From Felis catus (lineage: Eukaryota), in assembly GCF_018350175.1 (NCBI RefSeq), contig NC_058368.1, positions 62,622,001 to 62,686,000 of the forward strand: a stretch of DNA of 64,000 bases. Reading direction: 5' to 3'. A program made the translations under genes and the position numbers. The notes under the pieces are model-generated. The model searched no databases. It saw only the letters and a program-made list of their open reading frames with translations, and had not been told where the DNA came from. Positions 47,680-60,553 of this stretch are shown piece after piece. Position 1 is the stretch's first letter, and each line of letters begins with the position of its first letter.

Positions 47680-49895
47680 TTGTGACAATACTTAAGCCTA
47701 TTTCACAAATTTTAATTATATAATAGAGTATTATCAATTATAGTTATTATGTTATACATTAGACCTCAGAACTTATTCCACTTATAACTGAAATTTTGTG
47801 CTGCTGTACATTCCTCTATTTCCCCCAAATACCAGCCCTGGCAACTACTTTTCTACACTCTCTTCCACCATTCAATTTTTCTAAGATTCACATACAGGTG
47901 ATTCCAGACCATATTTGTCTTTCTTTGCCGTCTTATTTTACTTAGCATAATATCCTCCAAGTTTATCCATATTGTCGCAGCTGGCAGGGTTTCCATTTTG
48001 TTTTAGGATTGAATATTATTCTATTGTCAATACACATATCAGATTTTCTTTATCCATTAATCCGCTATTTCCATACCTTGCTATTGTGAATAATGCTGCA
48101 ATGAACATAGACGTACAGATATCTCTTCAAGATAGTGATTTCATGACCTTTAGATATATGCTCAGAAGTAGGATTGCTGGATCAACTTTAATTTCTTGCA
48201 AAATCCCATTCTGTTTTCCATAGTGGATGTACCAGTTTACATTCTCAGCAACAATAGACCAGGGTTCCCTTTTCTCCGCCTCTTTGCCAACATTTGTTAT
48301 TTTTTTTCTATTAATAGTCATCTTAACAGGTATGAGGTGATATCTCATTGTGGTTCTATGGTTTTATACCAATTCTATTTTTTTTTCTTTGTCTGTGAAA
48401 AATGGCATTTAAATTTTGGTAGAGATTGCACTGAATCTGTAGGTCACTTTGGATAGAATGGACATCTGAACAATATTAATTCTTCAAACCCATGAACACA
48501 GAATACCTCCCCATTTATTGCACCTTCTTACTTTTTTTTGTCAATGTTTTATAATTTCAAGGCACAGAACTTTTAGTTTCTTGGTTAAATTTATTCCTTA
48601 GTTTTTTGTTTTTTGTTTTTTGTTTTTTTCTTCATAATGCTATTGTAAATGTGATTGTTTTCTTAATTTCTTTTTGTTTTTTTTCTTTTTAATTTTTTTA
48701 AATTTTGGTATAGTTAATATACAGTGTTATATTAGTTTCAGGTATACATTTTAATGATTCAACACTTCCATACAACACTTCCTGCTCATCACAGCAAGTG
48801 CATTCCTTGCTGTGATGATATTACCAGTCACTACTTTACCCATCATCCCACCCACCTCTCCTAAGGTAACCATCAGTTTGTTTTCTATAATTAAGAGTCT
48901 TTTTCTTGCTTTCTCTCTCTCTCTCATTCTCTCTCTCTTCATTTTTCCTTTACTCATTATTTTGTTTGTTTCTTAAATTCCACATATTAATACAATCATA
49001 TGGTATTTTTCTTTCTCTGACTTATTTCCCTTAGCATTATACTCTCTTGCTCCATTCACATCATTGCAAATGGTAAGATTTCATTCTTTTTATGGCTGAA
49101 TAGTATCCCACGGTGTGCATATACCACATCTTCTTTATCCATTTATGTATCAATGGACACTTGGCCTGCTTCCATGATTTGGTGTTTGTAAATAATGCTG
49201 CTATAAACATAGGGGTGTGTGTATCCCTTTTGATTAGTGTTTTTGTATTTTTTTTGGCAAATACCCAGTAGTGTGATTACTGGATTGTAGGGTAGTTTTA
49301 TTTCTAACTTTGAGGAACCTCCATACTGTTTTCACCAGTGGCTGTACCTCTTTCCATTCCCACCGACAGTACAAGAGGTTCCTTTTTTTCCGCATTCTCA
49401 TCAACACTTGTTCTTAATATATTTTTCTGATAGTTCCTTTTTGGTATATATAAACACAACTGATTTATGTATGTTGGTTTTCTGTCCTGAAACTACACTG
49501 AATTCATGTATTAATTTTAACAGTTTTTTAATGGAGTGTTTAGGATTTTCTTAATATAATATCATGTTATCTGCAAACAGATGCTTTTATTTCTTCTTCT
49601 CTAATTGGTTAACTTGTATTTCTTTTTCTTGCCCTATTGCTCCTGTTATGATTTCCAGTACTATGTCAACTAGGACAGGTGAGAGCGGGTACCCTTGTTT
49701 TTTTCTTGATCTGAAAGGAAAAGCTTTGAGTTTTTCAACACTGTGGATGATGTTAGCTTTGGACTTGTCATAGATGGACTTCATTATGTTGAGATATGCT
49801 TCTCTTTACCCAGTTTTTGAGAGTTTTTATCATGACAAGATGTTGAATTTTGTCAAATGCTTTTCCTGAATCTTTTGAGATGACCATATGATTTT
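47680..49895 (-). mobile_element. L1 (L1MA9-like 3' end plus ORF2 pieces) hosting a second L1
   Basis: Minus-strand peptides MRYHLIPVKM.. and YDKSKANIIHSVEKLKAFPFRS..QGYPLSP (L1 ORF2 RT region). Confidence 0.9.
48671..49410 (-). mobile_element. Younger carnivore L1 3' end nested in the older L1
   Basis: T-rich tail at about 48671-48700, L1_Carn 3' UTR; ttcttaat on both sides, and the host L1 resumes at ttttctgatagttc. Confidence 0.85.
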
Positions 49896-50929
49896 AAAAC
49901 CTGAGGCATAAAGCAGGCTTTGAGTCATAATTTTTCTTTTGGAAGATTTATCTTATCACAACTCAACCTCAGCCTAATATATAAGAATATAGTCATAAGA
50001 ATATTTATTACACCATTATTTTGGAGTTTTTAGAAAGACATAAATATTAATATACATTAGTTAGAGAACAAATAAGTTAATTGACATTCATTTGTAATAC
50101 AAAAGTCTACACATCTACTTCAAAAATGAATAATCTCTATATTAATCAACTTGAAAGAATACCCATGATATTTTATCAAATGAGAAAAGCAAGTTGTAAA
50201 GTTGGTATTGAATTTGAGGTCTGGAAAATTTATTTAATACAAGTCAACCACTTTACCTCTAATAAACCAACCCACTATTACACAATCAGATTTCTCTACC
50301 TTTCAAGATATTATAAGCCAAAATCTGAAAATTAGATTTTCTACCTCTATCAATATTGTACAAACTGGCTCTGATAGGTATTGCTGTAGAAGTTAAACCA
50401 TTTTCTTCCAAAGCTTAAGAAATAGAAGAACATGACCACCCTAGAAGGTAAGTCTACTAGGCAAGGATTAGTTTTCTGTCCAATCAACAATTATATGAAA
50501 TACAATTGGTACAAACTTTAGCCATTGAGTATTGCATTATTTATGCAGGTAGTGCCCCCATAGAGCAGGTAAATGACTTTCATATAAGCATAAAAGCAAC
50601 ATCTCATAGAAAATCTGTTATTAAAATGTTCCTCAAAGAAAATATCTAGAATATATTTAAGGAAGGCATGTTTCTTTCTCATGTACTTCCCACCCCTCCA
50701 GAAGTAGCTTTCTTATCAGTTCTACCTACTAAAATTCCACATATCCTTTATTGCCCAACTTCCTGATTAGCAGCTCTTAAGCCTCCCTCAGTCATGATGG
50801 CACCAAGTTTCTTCCGCTCTACCTGAAGAGAGGAAACTTTTCCTTTGCCTCTCTATCTCATTTTAAACTGAGTATCTACTTATATGTCATATGCTTTTAG
50901 CTGATAGAGATATAAGTCTTGGCTTTGTG

Positions 50930-51270
50930 GATGGCTATGTAATACAGTTCAAAGAACATATGCCTTAGGCCAAGGCACATATGGAATCAAATCCTGTTTC
51001 CATATTTTCAAACCAACTGGAATTTTAAGTAAGTCAAGTACTTTCTCTGAGATTAATTTTTCTTGGCTATGATTGAAATAATAATAAATATGTCATATGT
51101 TTAACATTAAATGAGAACATGAAATATAATAAAATGGTGTTCATCCTGCTCCTGCACTTCCCTACTAGACTTAGTTCACTGAAGTTAGGGACATATTTTA
51201 TTCATATTCATATCTACTATACTGTTTATAATAAAACTATTTAAAAACTTTTAAATAAATATTTAAGAAT
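50930..51270 (+). mobile_element. MIR followed by an L2 3' fragment
   Basis: ggaatcaaatcctg..aagtcaagtactttctctgagattaattttc; ctactagacttagttcactgaagttagggacatattttattcat. Confidence 0.55.
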
Positions 51271-53040
51271 AAACTCAATAGTTTATATTGGATTACATAA
51301 AGCATTACTTTCTTGATTTACAAAATGATACTCTGCAAGGTAGCAATATTGATATTATCCAGAGAAATAAATTAAATAGAATACATAAAAATTCTAAAAG
51401 CATTTTGTAATATTTTTGTAATAGCTATTTGTCATCAGTATGCCTGATGAAGTTTATTTGATATTAATCTTTTCAATCTTTTCTGCTCAGTGATTTTACT
51501 CAGTTTGGTACTGCATGCTATCTTAAATATTAAATGGTGAGAACCACAATCAAAGTTTCACAAAGGCTTATGTGTAACCTCTAGAATAGTGTGGATTCTG
51601 ATGTACAACTTAATTTGATAGCCACAGCATGTAACATGTTTAAAGATCATAATTAAGCCTTGATATCTGAAATGATTAAGCTCACTTCCATGACTCCATT
51701 GTATTTGTTTATATTTGATCTAGAATGAAAATTATTTAGTGTCATTTTTGATGTGCCACTTTCCCTATTAAAATTTTATCTAATTTGCTTTATTCAAGTG
51801 TTATAAGATAATGATTTAGTGAATACCTCTTGTACCATTAAAAATATCAATACAGATACAGATAATTTCAGTTACAAATTGCTGTGTGTTTTTTTTTCAA
51901 TGAGCATAATCAACAATTGCACAAAAATGTCCTGAGGCTACTTTCACTGTTAAAAATGAAATGGAGCTTCAAAATATTTTCATGGTTGATTATTATTTTT
52001 ATAAGAAAACAACAGCCAGAACCTATGTCCATTTTCATTAGTGGGGCAGTTCAGTTGAAAGTAGCTTGATATATCTGGTCACTCAGGTCATCACTCTGGT
52101 GTGGTATCTTTTACACCAACTAGCTTAATCACCTGTAGTCTGAATCCACAGTCCTCAATCTCCTTCCACATCTCTCTCTCTTTATTAACTTTTTCACTAT
52201 GCAACTAGAAGGTTTTCAATTTTTCCTAAGGCCTGGTTATCTCACACTGTTCTCAGCCTATACATAAATCCTTGCTTTTAAAAAATGATCTCATATAAAG
52301 ACATTTTATTTTTGTGGTGGATATCTGAAATAATGTATATCAGAGAGAAAATGGTAAACTATAGTGAGGGAAGAAGCAATATATATTTTTTTTAATTAGG
52401 GATGATATTTAAGAATGACTTTAAGTGATGGAAAAAAGATGTTTTAATTCCCCCTTTCATATATCCAATGTCATTCTATTCTACTCCCTGTAAAGACCAG
52501 AGTGAATGGGAATTCACCTACTGCTTATTCTAGCCTCCACACAAGAGAAGTCACATATCTAACAATTCACAAGGATATCTTACTGGTCTTTGAGGTTAAG
52601 ATGGCATAAGCTGCTAACTCTGTAATTTTTATTTTAACACCTTTTTGACTTGACTGAGCCTGGGCTGATGGAACTCATTTTTCTGTTTCTATGTAATAAG
52701 CAACCTCATTGGGAGCTATTCTGCAAGCTATTCTGCAAGATTTCTGAAATCTACTGATTCTAGCTCTCTGTCTGCAAATAGGTAGATATGTGAGGTTGAC
52801 ACTAAGTTGTGAATCAAAATATCATCAACTCTACGTGAGAAAATAAGCACTTACACACCAATACTATCCATTTATTAGCAGATATTCATATTTGAAATGC
52901 TAACAGGTCATTTCTTGCCTATCTATCAAAAAATATCAAATACTGTATTCTGAAAATGATTACCAAGTTTATGAAATACATCAATAGCTTTAGTCCCATG
53001 AGATGAACTTTAGCAATATCTTCTTTAAAGAAGACACTAA

Positions 53041-53252
53041 GGGCACCTGGGTGCCTCAGTCAGTTAAGCAGCCGACTTTGGCTCAGGTCATGATCTCAAG
53101 GTCAGTGAGTTCGAGCCCCGCGTTGGGCTCTGTGCTGACAGCTCGGAGCCTGGAACCTGTTTCAGATTCTGTGTCTCCCTCTCACTGACCCTCCCCTGTT
53201 CATGCTCTGTCTCTCTCTGTCTCAAAAATAAATAAAACGTTAAAAAAATTTT
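53041..53252 (+). mobile_element. CanSINE (SINEC_Fc-like)
   Basis: Perfect TSD tttaaagaagacactaa (53024-53040 / 53253-53269). Confidence 0.96.
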
Positions 53253-53889
53253 TTTAAAGAAGACACTAAACCTTAAATCCAAAATTATGTTGCACATGTG
53301 TAAAAAATATACAAAGATTTTGATTCAGAATAAGCTCACTATAAATAAATACTCAAAAAAGTGTGATATTGTTATACAAAATAACTTGTAGAATGAGTAA
53401 AAATATTTTTGTACCACTATCTTGTGTTCTGGTCATGATATGCTTAAAATTTGGGCTTATAAATAGTCATTAATTCATGCTTGCATTGAATAAGTCAATT
53501 TTTATTATGACCTATGACCTATGAGGCATCAAAGAATAGATGTGAACAAGAGAGAACCGCAGACACCTAGCAAGAAAATAGGTAAAAAATTAATTGAACA
53601 TACTGATAATGATTAGAAAGTAATCAAATGAAATAATTTTAGAATCTGATAGATACAAACCTAGAATTCCAAGGTAGTGTATACTGAGAAGGTAACAATC
53701 AGCCAAATGAGACTGAGCATAAGCCAGTTTGGGGAAAACAAGGGAGAGCATTTCAGGCTCTGAGTGAAAATCTGGAGTTGGTAAAAAACTTAGTAGGTTA
53801 GAGAAACTAAACCGAGGGTAGGCATTGAGTCTACAATGCAATGAGTATGCATAAGTGAGAATAATGCTGTGCCTTTTTCTTCTGGCAAA

Positions 53890-54125
53890 AATAATATTGA
53901 ATATTTCCTGAGAAATTATTATATGTCATCTACTATTCTAAATCAATTCATTTATGCCTCACAACAATCTTTTGAGAAAGGAACTGTTCCTATCTGTATT
54001 TGACAAGGAGGGAATGAGTTGGAGGGACAAGAGTTAAGTAAGTTCTTCAAAATCACATTGCCAGTAAGTCAGGATTCTAAACTAAACAGGCTTATAGAGG
54101 GCCTTCTTTCTTAACCACTATGATA
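53890..54125 (-). mobile_element. MIR
   Basis: tcatttatgcctcacaacaatc..gttaagtaagttcttcaaaatcaca..cttaaccactatg. Confidence 0.7.
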
Positions 54126-54199
54126 TGTTTCTTGCAACCAGTTCATTGCATACGTTTTCTTAATGGAATAATATGCTATGCTTCAAAGATAATAAATAG

Positions 54200-54720
54200 T
54201 GGATTACACAAGAACACAAGGATGATGCGGGTTGTGACTTTTATCTTTAATGTTTATGATAGCTAATATGCAAAAAAATGGTTTAGAGGGCAAGAATATA
54301 AATAGAGAGATTAAAAAAAAACGTTATATTCATTCAGACCTAGAGATGATGGTGGCTTGAACTAGATGGGGGTCCATGGCCATGTAGACAAGAGAAAGGA
54401 TAGACCTGCCATATTTATTTTGCAACTAGAAATGGCAGAACTTCTCAATGTGAGAGACAGTGGGTAATCAAGAATACTACTGATGATCATGGTTAGAGCA
54501 ATTGTATGAATGATTTCCATTGAATGAAATAACAAAGACTAGAAGCACTGCAGGCTAGTAGAGGTGAAATTCCTATAAGGAATTCAAGTTAACAGTGGCT
54601 CATGAAAATTATATTCACAAGTGAAGGGCCGGTAGTTGAGGGCAAAAGGCATAGCTGAAATAAATTCAGGAGGCTTAAGTTGGAAAAGAAAGCCTGAAGG
54701 AGATCTATGAAAGGGTTTCA
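54200..54720 (-). mobile_element. L2 fragment
   Basis: agagatgatggtggcttgaactag..atatttattttgcaactagaaatggcagaactt. Confidence 0.6.
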
Positions 54721-54744
54721 TATAAAAGAATTATTCTTCCATAT

Positions 54745-54907
54745 CAGCATCATTCAATATGCCAGCACCAGCTGCATGTGACTATTATACACTTGAAAGT
54801 AGCCTAGTATGACAAAGGAACAGAATTTTAAATTTCATTTCAATTTGATTCATTTAAATAATTTAAATAGCAACATGTGGCTAAGGGACATTGCATGAAC
54901 AGTACAG
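54745..54907. mobile_element. MER3/MER33-like hAT-Charlie element
   Basis: caatatgccagcaccagctgcatgtgactatt..cacttgaaa..aattttaaattt..tagcaacatgtggcta..acagtacag. Confidence 0.75.
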
Positions 54908-55429
54908 ACATATATGATCAAAAAAGTATAAATTTAGATGTTGGCTGAGCCTGAGGTAGACATTTCTAGGCAACAGGGGTGGAATTTCTGAAAAGGTAAC
55001 AAACAATCTTCCTAGATGAATTTTAATATTTCTTTACATGCTGAAATGTGTGTACTATGAAGACGTTCTCTAACTCTTGAAGATGATACAGCCTCTTGTT
55101 TGAACTGCTAACACTTTTATAATCTGTTCATTTATCTTCCCACAGTCATCAATCCAATCACAATAAAATTCTTAAGCATAAGAATTTAATGGTTGGGTAA
55201 TTGTTGATTACTATATATCATTGTGATAGGTAAGAGATTAAAATGATTGCAAAAAGGAGTGGGGAGGTAGCTTTGGTATCTACTATAAAGTCCATTAACA
55301 CATTGCCTTTCATCCTATTTTAGTGCACTTTACGCACTAGAAAAGAGCACTGCAAAGTCCATCCAAATACATGACTGTTCTGCATGACTATTGCAAACAC
55401 CCTAAGCAAATTACAAGTACACAAATTTG

Positions 55430-55650
55430 TTATTAAATTTTTAAATGTTTATTTATTTTTGAGAGAGGCAGAGACAGAGTGAAGGGGGGGGGGGCAGAGA
55501 GAGAGAGAGGGAGACACAGAATCCAAAACAGGCTCCAGGCTCTGAGCTGTCAGCACAGAGCCCGATGGGGGGTCTCCAACTCAATGAACAGCTAGATCAT
55601 GACCTGAGCTGAAGTCAGATGCTTAACCAACTGAGACTCCCAGGCGCCCC
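55430..55650 (-). mobile_element. CanSINE
   Basis: TSD acaagtacacaaatttg / acaggtacacaactttg. Confidence 0.94.
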
Positions 55651-57883
55651 ACAGGTACACAACTTTGAATTATTCATTTTGCTTAGCCAAAATTTAAAAC
55701 GTAATCTTCAAGGAAGGTCCATACATTATTATTTCAAATGTTTATTTAAATTTATTGTTTGTTTAAATTTATTATTTATTGCCCATTTATTATCTTCCAT
55801 TTGTGCACATTTATTTAAATGCATTATATTGTCTTTTTAAACTAAAAAGATGTATACAAATGTAATTGCCTGAATTTCAGCATATTTGAGAGTGAGTTAT
55901 TTTTTACATTCAAGCTAATTCTTTGCACCACACTGAATCTGTAGTGCAGAAAAGTGTTACCCACATAAAAGAGAAAATGTTTTACCATAGGCTCATTTTC
56001 CTAGATGTGATCAGACTCTCAGTAGCAGAACTGATAAATGGTTCAGAGACAACACAGATGGAAACAAAGACACATTGATTTGTCACCATGTATTGCCCTT
56101 GTGGACTACAGCTAAAGTAACTATCACATAAAAATCCCTGCACTAGGGTCATTTCTAACATATATACCTGAATAACATTATCAATCTACTCTGAAAACCA
56201 TTACTTCTTTTCACACATCCCCTGATGTTGATAGCATCTTTCATTACCCAGAATATATTGATACCATATAAATGTCTGGCCATAGATCCATAACCTTTTA
56301 GGCTCCCTTATCATGATATGTTCTTATCCCTTTAGAACTTCAAGTACTCACATGAATTGTAGGTAAATAATCTATCAGTTTGCTTGTTACAACATCTAGT
56401 CTTAAGATATATTCAACTAGGGCTCTTTGAGACCAATTTATAATTCACCAGCTATGTAAAATATATGAAATGACTCTGTAATTATGACATCAAATAAATA
56501 TTTTTCACTCTTGGAAATAATGGAGTTATGATATTGAAAGAGTCAGTCAAGTGATTGGGCTCCCAAGGATGAAATATAACAATATTTCCCAGCAAGGAGA
56601 AACTCTCTGAAAATATAGGAGACAACAAGAACCCATGTAAGGCTATGAAGCTTAGTGCAAGTAGAATAACTCCAATGAGATACTATAGGCCGAGTCAAAT
56701 GACAAGGTTATTTTGACTTCACTGTCAGACTTTTTTCCATAATTCATTTTTCCATTATATGTTGTTATTACCCAGGTATTACATAGTGATTTGAACACAT
56801 GACTAATCATTTTGTCATAAGAGAAACGAGTAAGCCCATTACTTTATCTCAAAAGAGAAAAAAGGCAAAAACACACAATTTAGTGTGAAGTTTTTAGTTT
56901 CATGATGAAAATAACAACATGCTCAAAAGATTAACAGCTAGCCATAAATATGGGCATTCTTTTCAATTTTCATTTAATAATGTTACAAACTTTTGTGTGT
57001 ACATTTTTGGATCTATTATTCTTTTTAAACTAAAAGAAAAAATATAGATTTTAATAATAATAACATATTTATAACACTACTAGATTAATGATGAATTGAT
57101 CAAAAATAGCACAAGCAAGTATAAGGTTGTAAACATTAGTCATTCACTTTGAAATTCAATATATTTAGTTTTTTAGGGCTTTCAGGGGTTATATTGTCTT
57201 CCAAGGAAATAAAAAATAAATTATTTGTTTCTAAATTATAATGCAAGGGAGAGCCCTGCTGGTGGATTTTTATAGATGCACCAAATGGACTCATAATTGA
57301 AGCAAACTATCTTAGGAAAAACAACAGTGAAATGTATAATACACTTGATTGTTTTTTGGCTCCATTATCCTCCAAATTCTAGAATTGAATCTCATTAGGT
57401 TTTAACTCAATGTGCACCTTACTTTTGAAGCTATATAGTACATTTCTTTCAGCTTGCTTCACTTTCTATGGGGATTTTATGCAGTTAAGAAAATGGAATA
57501 CAGTCTATTTTCAAGTATGACAAAGCAATTCTACCGAAATACTGAATTTATTAATATCTATGTTACTCACTAAATGCAGTTAAAACGTCTTGACTTCTTG
57601 ATGTGCTCTGTTTACTTCCTGTACTTAAAAGCTCCTTATAACTACCTGTAGAGAACATTTTAAAGAGAAAAAATGTTGCACCAGACAGAGAGAAAAGTAT
57701 CTCATTTCCTATGCAAAATAACATTCATGTAAGCGTTGGGTAAGGGAGAGCAACAGGAAACCAGATGGAGTGCAATAAATCTTCTATTAGTTCTTCAATG
57801 TGGATTCCTTTACTTGTTATTTATCTGCTTTGAATGAATGTGAAAAAACAGAAAAATATGGACATATTTAAATATAAATGTAA

Positions 57884-58102
57884 GGGGTGCCTGGGTGGCT
57901 CAGTCGGTTAAGTGTCCAACTTCGGCTCAGGACATGATCTCACAGTCCGTGAGTTCGAGCCCCGCATCGGGCTCTGTGCTGACAGCTCAGAGCCTGGAGC
58001 CTGCTTCACATTCTGTGTCTCCCTCTCTTTCTGCCCCTTCCCTGCTCATGCTCTGTCTCTCTCTATCTCAAAAATAAATAAACATTAAAAAAAATTTTTT
58101 TT
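57884..58102 (+). mobile_element. CanSINE (SINEC_Fc-like)
   Basis: Full length; tataaatg flanks. Confidence 0.95.
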
Positions 58103-59079
58103 AAGTATAAATGGAAAAGTATTTAGAGTCAGGATTTTAATCTTATCTACCCATATTACATTGCACACCTCGCTGGGCTTGGTATTTGAGTGAATATTTG
58201 AGAGTTAACTATATATTTAGGAAAATTGTGGTAGCAAGATTTCATATTGGAAAATATAAAGCTGAATAATGTATTAAAGCTTGAGGCATTGTCTTGAGAA
58301 ATGGAAAATTGAAAGCTAGCAAATATGTTAATACAAAGTCAAAAAAAGGGAATGAGTTTTTCATCATTAATCAAAATTTTAGAGTTACTGGTATGGTAAC
58401 AGAGTAAGCAGAATTTCACCATAAAGGAACTGGTGACCTACAGTATTAATTTTTTCTATTGCTTAAAGATGTTGGCCTAAGGAAGTTTTGAAACAAGGTG
58501 CTTGGAGGAAAACAGCTTTTTGTCAAAGGGAGGGATTAGGAGATCACAAGTGAAAACTGAGAAGGATTTTTATGTATACTTAATATCTATTAAAATAATT
58601 TTATTATATAATATAATGTGATAATTATTATATAATCAAATATATAGGATAAATTAAAAGAATGTATCATACATTTATAGTTATGAATAAGACAATATAA
58701 TAATCACATTTTTGTCAAGGTCCGTGATGCTGTGTGTGCAATAAGGAGGCTGTACTATATGCAAAAGAATGGTTTCATTTGAGTGTAGTGGCCTTGCTGG
58801 TTCCAGAAGTTGATTTAATTTAGCGTTCTGAGCAAAGACACAGCCTGGACTGAGACACTAGAGCTTCAAAGTCTCCAATGGCCGCGAGGGAGAGGAGAGT
58901 TGGAGAGAATTTAGTAATTCAAAAACACAGCTGAGCTCCTGAGTACTCTTTAGAGGAGATTATGTCTCTCTATAGGCAGTGCCTGTCATTTCGGCCTTCC
59001 AGTTGCATACTTAATACCCAAAATTGGCTTTTAATTACTCAGACTTGAGTCATTTGTCTCTTCCAATGATAAGGTGGGT

Positions 59080-59252
59080 GGAAGGAGAGACAAGGGGAGG
59101 TTAAAGAAAATTAAAGGAGAAGAAAGAGGAAAAGCAAAGTAAGAGAAAGAGGAGGAGAAGGAGGAGGGAGGAGGAAGGGGGCAAGAGAGAAGAAGGGTAA
59201 GGAGGTGGTGGAAAGAGGAGGAAGAGGAGGGGAACAAGAAGGGGACAGAGAA
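59080..59252. repeat. GA-rich low-complexity tract
   Basis: Nearly pure purine on the plus strand. Confidence 0.85.
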
Positions 59253-59978
59253 AATAACTATCGAGCTGTTAAGGGCAGCCATGAATGGTCAGTTGATGCT
59301 GTGTCAGTTCACCTTATTACATAGTTTTGTCTCCTTGTTGTTGCTGTGTGTGTGTGTCCGTGCATGTGTGTGTGAACACATGTGCATGGGTAGTAAACAC
59401 TGTGTTAGAAAGAAGAGGCTATATTTATGGAAAATTAATCAAATCATCCCTTCACACCATCTGTAGCCATGCCTGAGCTTGAACCAGCATCACACTAGAT
59501 ACAAACATCTGAGAAATGAGATAAATTGTAACATTTTTGCAATAAAATGCCCCGTGGGATGTTGGCATTACCTTTATAAAACTCTGAAACAATTTTTCAG
59601 TTCCCCAGCCATATGCTTCTTTTATTCATATATATTATATATTATATACTTCTTAATATTTTATAACTATAGTGAATTTTTATTTAAGTATGAGTTTTTA
59701 GTTCAAGTGTTATATATAGCAATCATAATAGTAGACATATCAGTGAAAGTTTGCAAGAGAATCTGTTAAGAGGATCTGTTTTTATAATTATAAGAACCAT
59801 TTATTGTTAAAAATATGATTGCCATGTGGAAAATTAGAAAAGAATGTTAACATTTTTATGCATTAGACATTGCATTAAGTTATTTATTATTACGGTAGTA
59901 TTATTTTTGATTACACCAAAATACATTGTGACTCTCTCCACATAGGATTTATGTGAAATATATTTACTTCTAGACAAC

Positions 59979-60553
59979 TGTCTTAGTCCATTCAGGCTGT
60001 TATAACAAAATACCACAGATTAAGTGGCTTGTAAACAACAGAAATTTATTCCTCACTGTTCTGGGGGCTGGAAGTCTAAGATCAAGGCACCAGATGGTTC
60101 TGTCTGTTGAGGATCCTCTTCCTGGTTCATTGCAAGTGTCTTCTTGCTGTGTCCTCACATGGTCTAAAGGAATAGGGATCTCTGTGGGATCTCTTTCATA
60201 AGATGCGCCTGGGTAGCTCAGTCAGTTAAGCATCCCACTCCAGCTCAAGTCATGATCTCAGGGTTTGTGGGTTTGAGCTCCACATCAGGCTCTGTACTGA
60301 CAGCTCAAAGACTAAAACCTGCTTTGGATTCTGTGTCTCCCTCTCTCTTTGCCCCTGCCACACTTGTGCTCTGTTTCTCTCTCAAAAATAAATAAACATT
60401 AATTTTTTTTTTTAAATACAGAATACAAATCCCATTCATGAGGCCTTACTCTCATGACTTAGGCACATCCCAAATGCTCTACCTTCTAATCTTTGAGGGT
60501 ACAGAATTTTATCATATGAATTTTGGAGGAACAAAAATATTCAGAACATAGCA
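59979..60553 (-). mobile_element. MaLR LTR, MLT1A-like, with SINE insertion
   Basis: tgtcttagtccattcaggctgttataacaaaataccacag ... atgaattttggaggaacaaaaatattcagaacatagca. Confidence 0.9.
60202..60415 (+). mobile_element. CanSINE
   Basis: gcgcctgggtagctcagtcagttaagc head; inside the MLT1A LTR. Confidence 0.92.

Noticed and set aside
50288..50360. Imperfect ~27-bp direct repeat (also short tandem duplications near 52714 and 53506)
   Set aside because: Ordinary slippage-type duplications with no further signal
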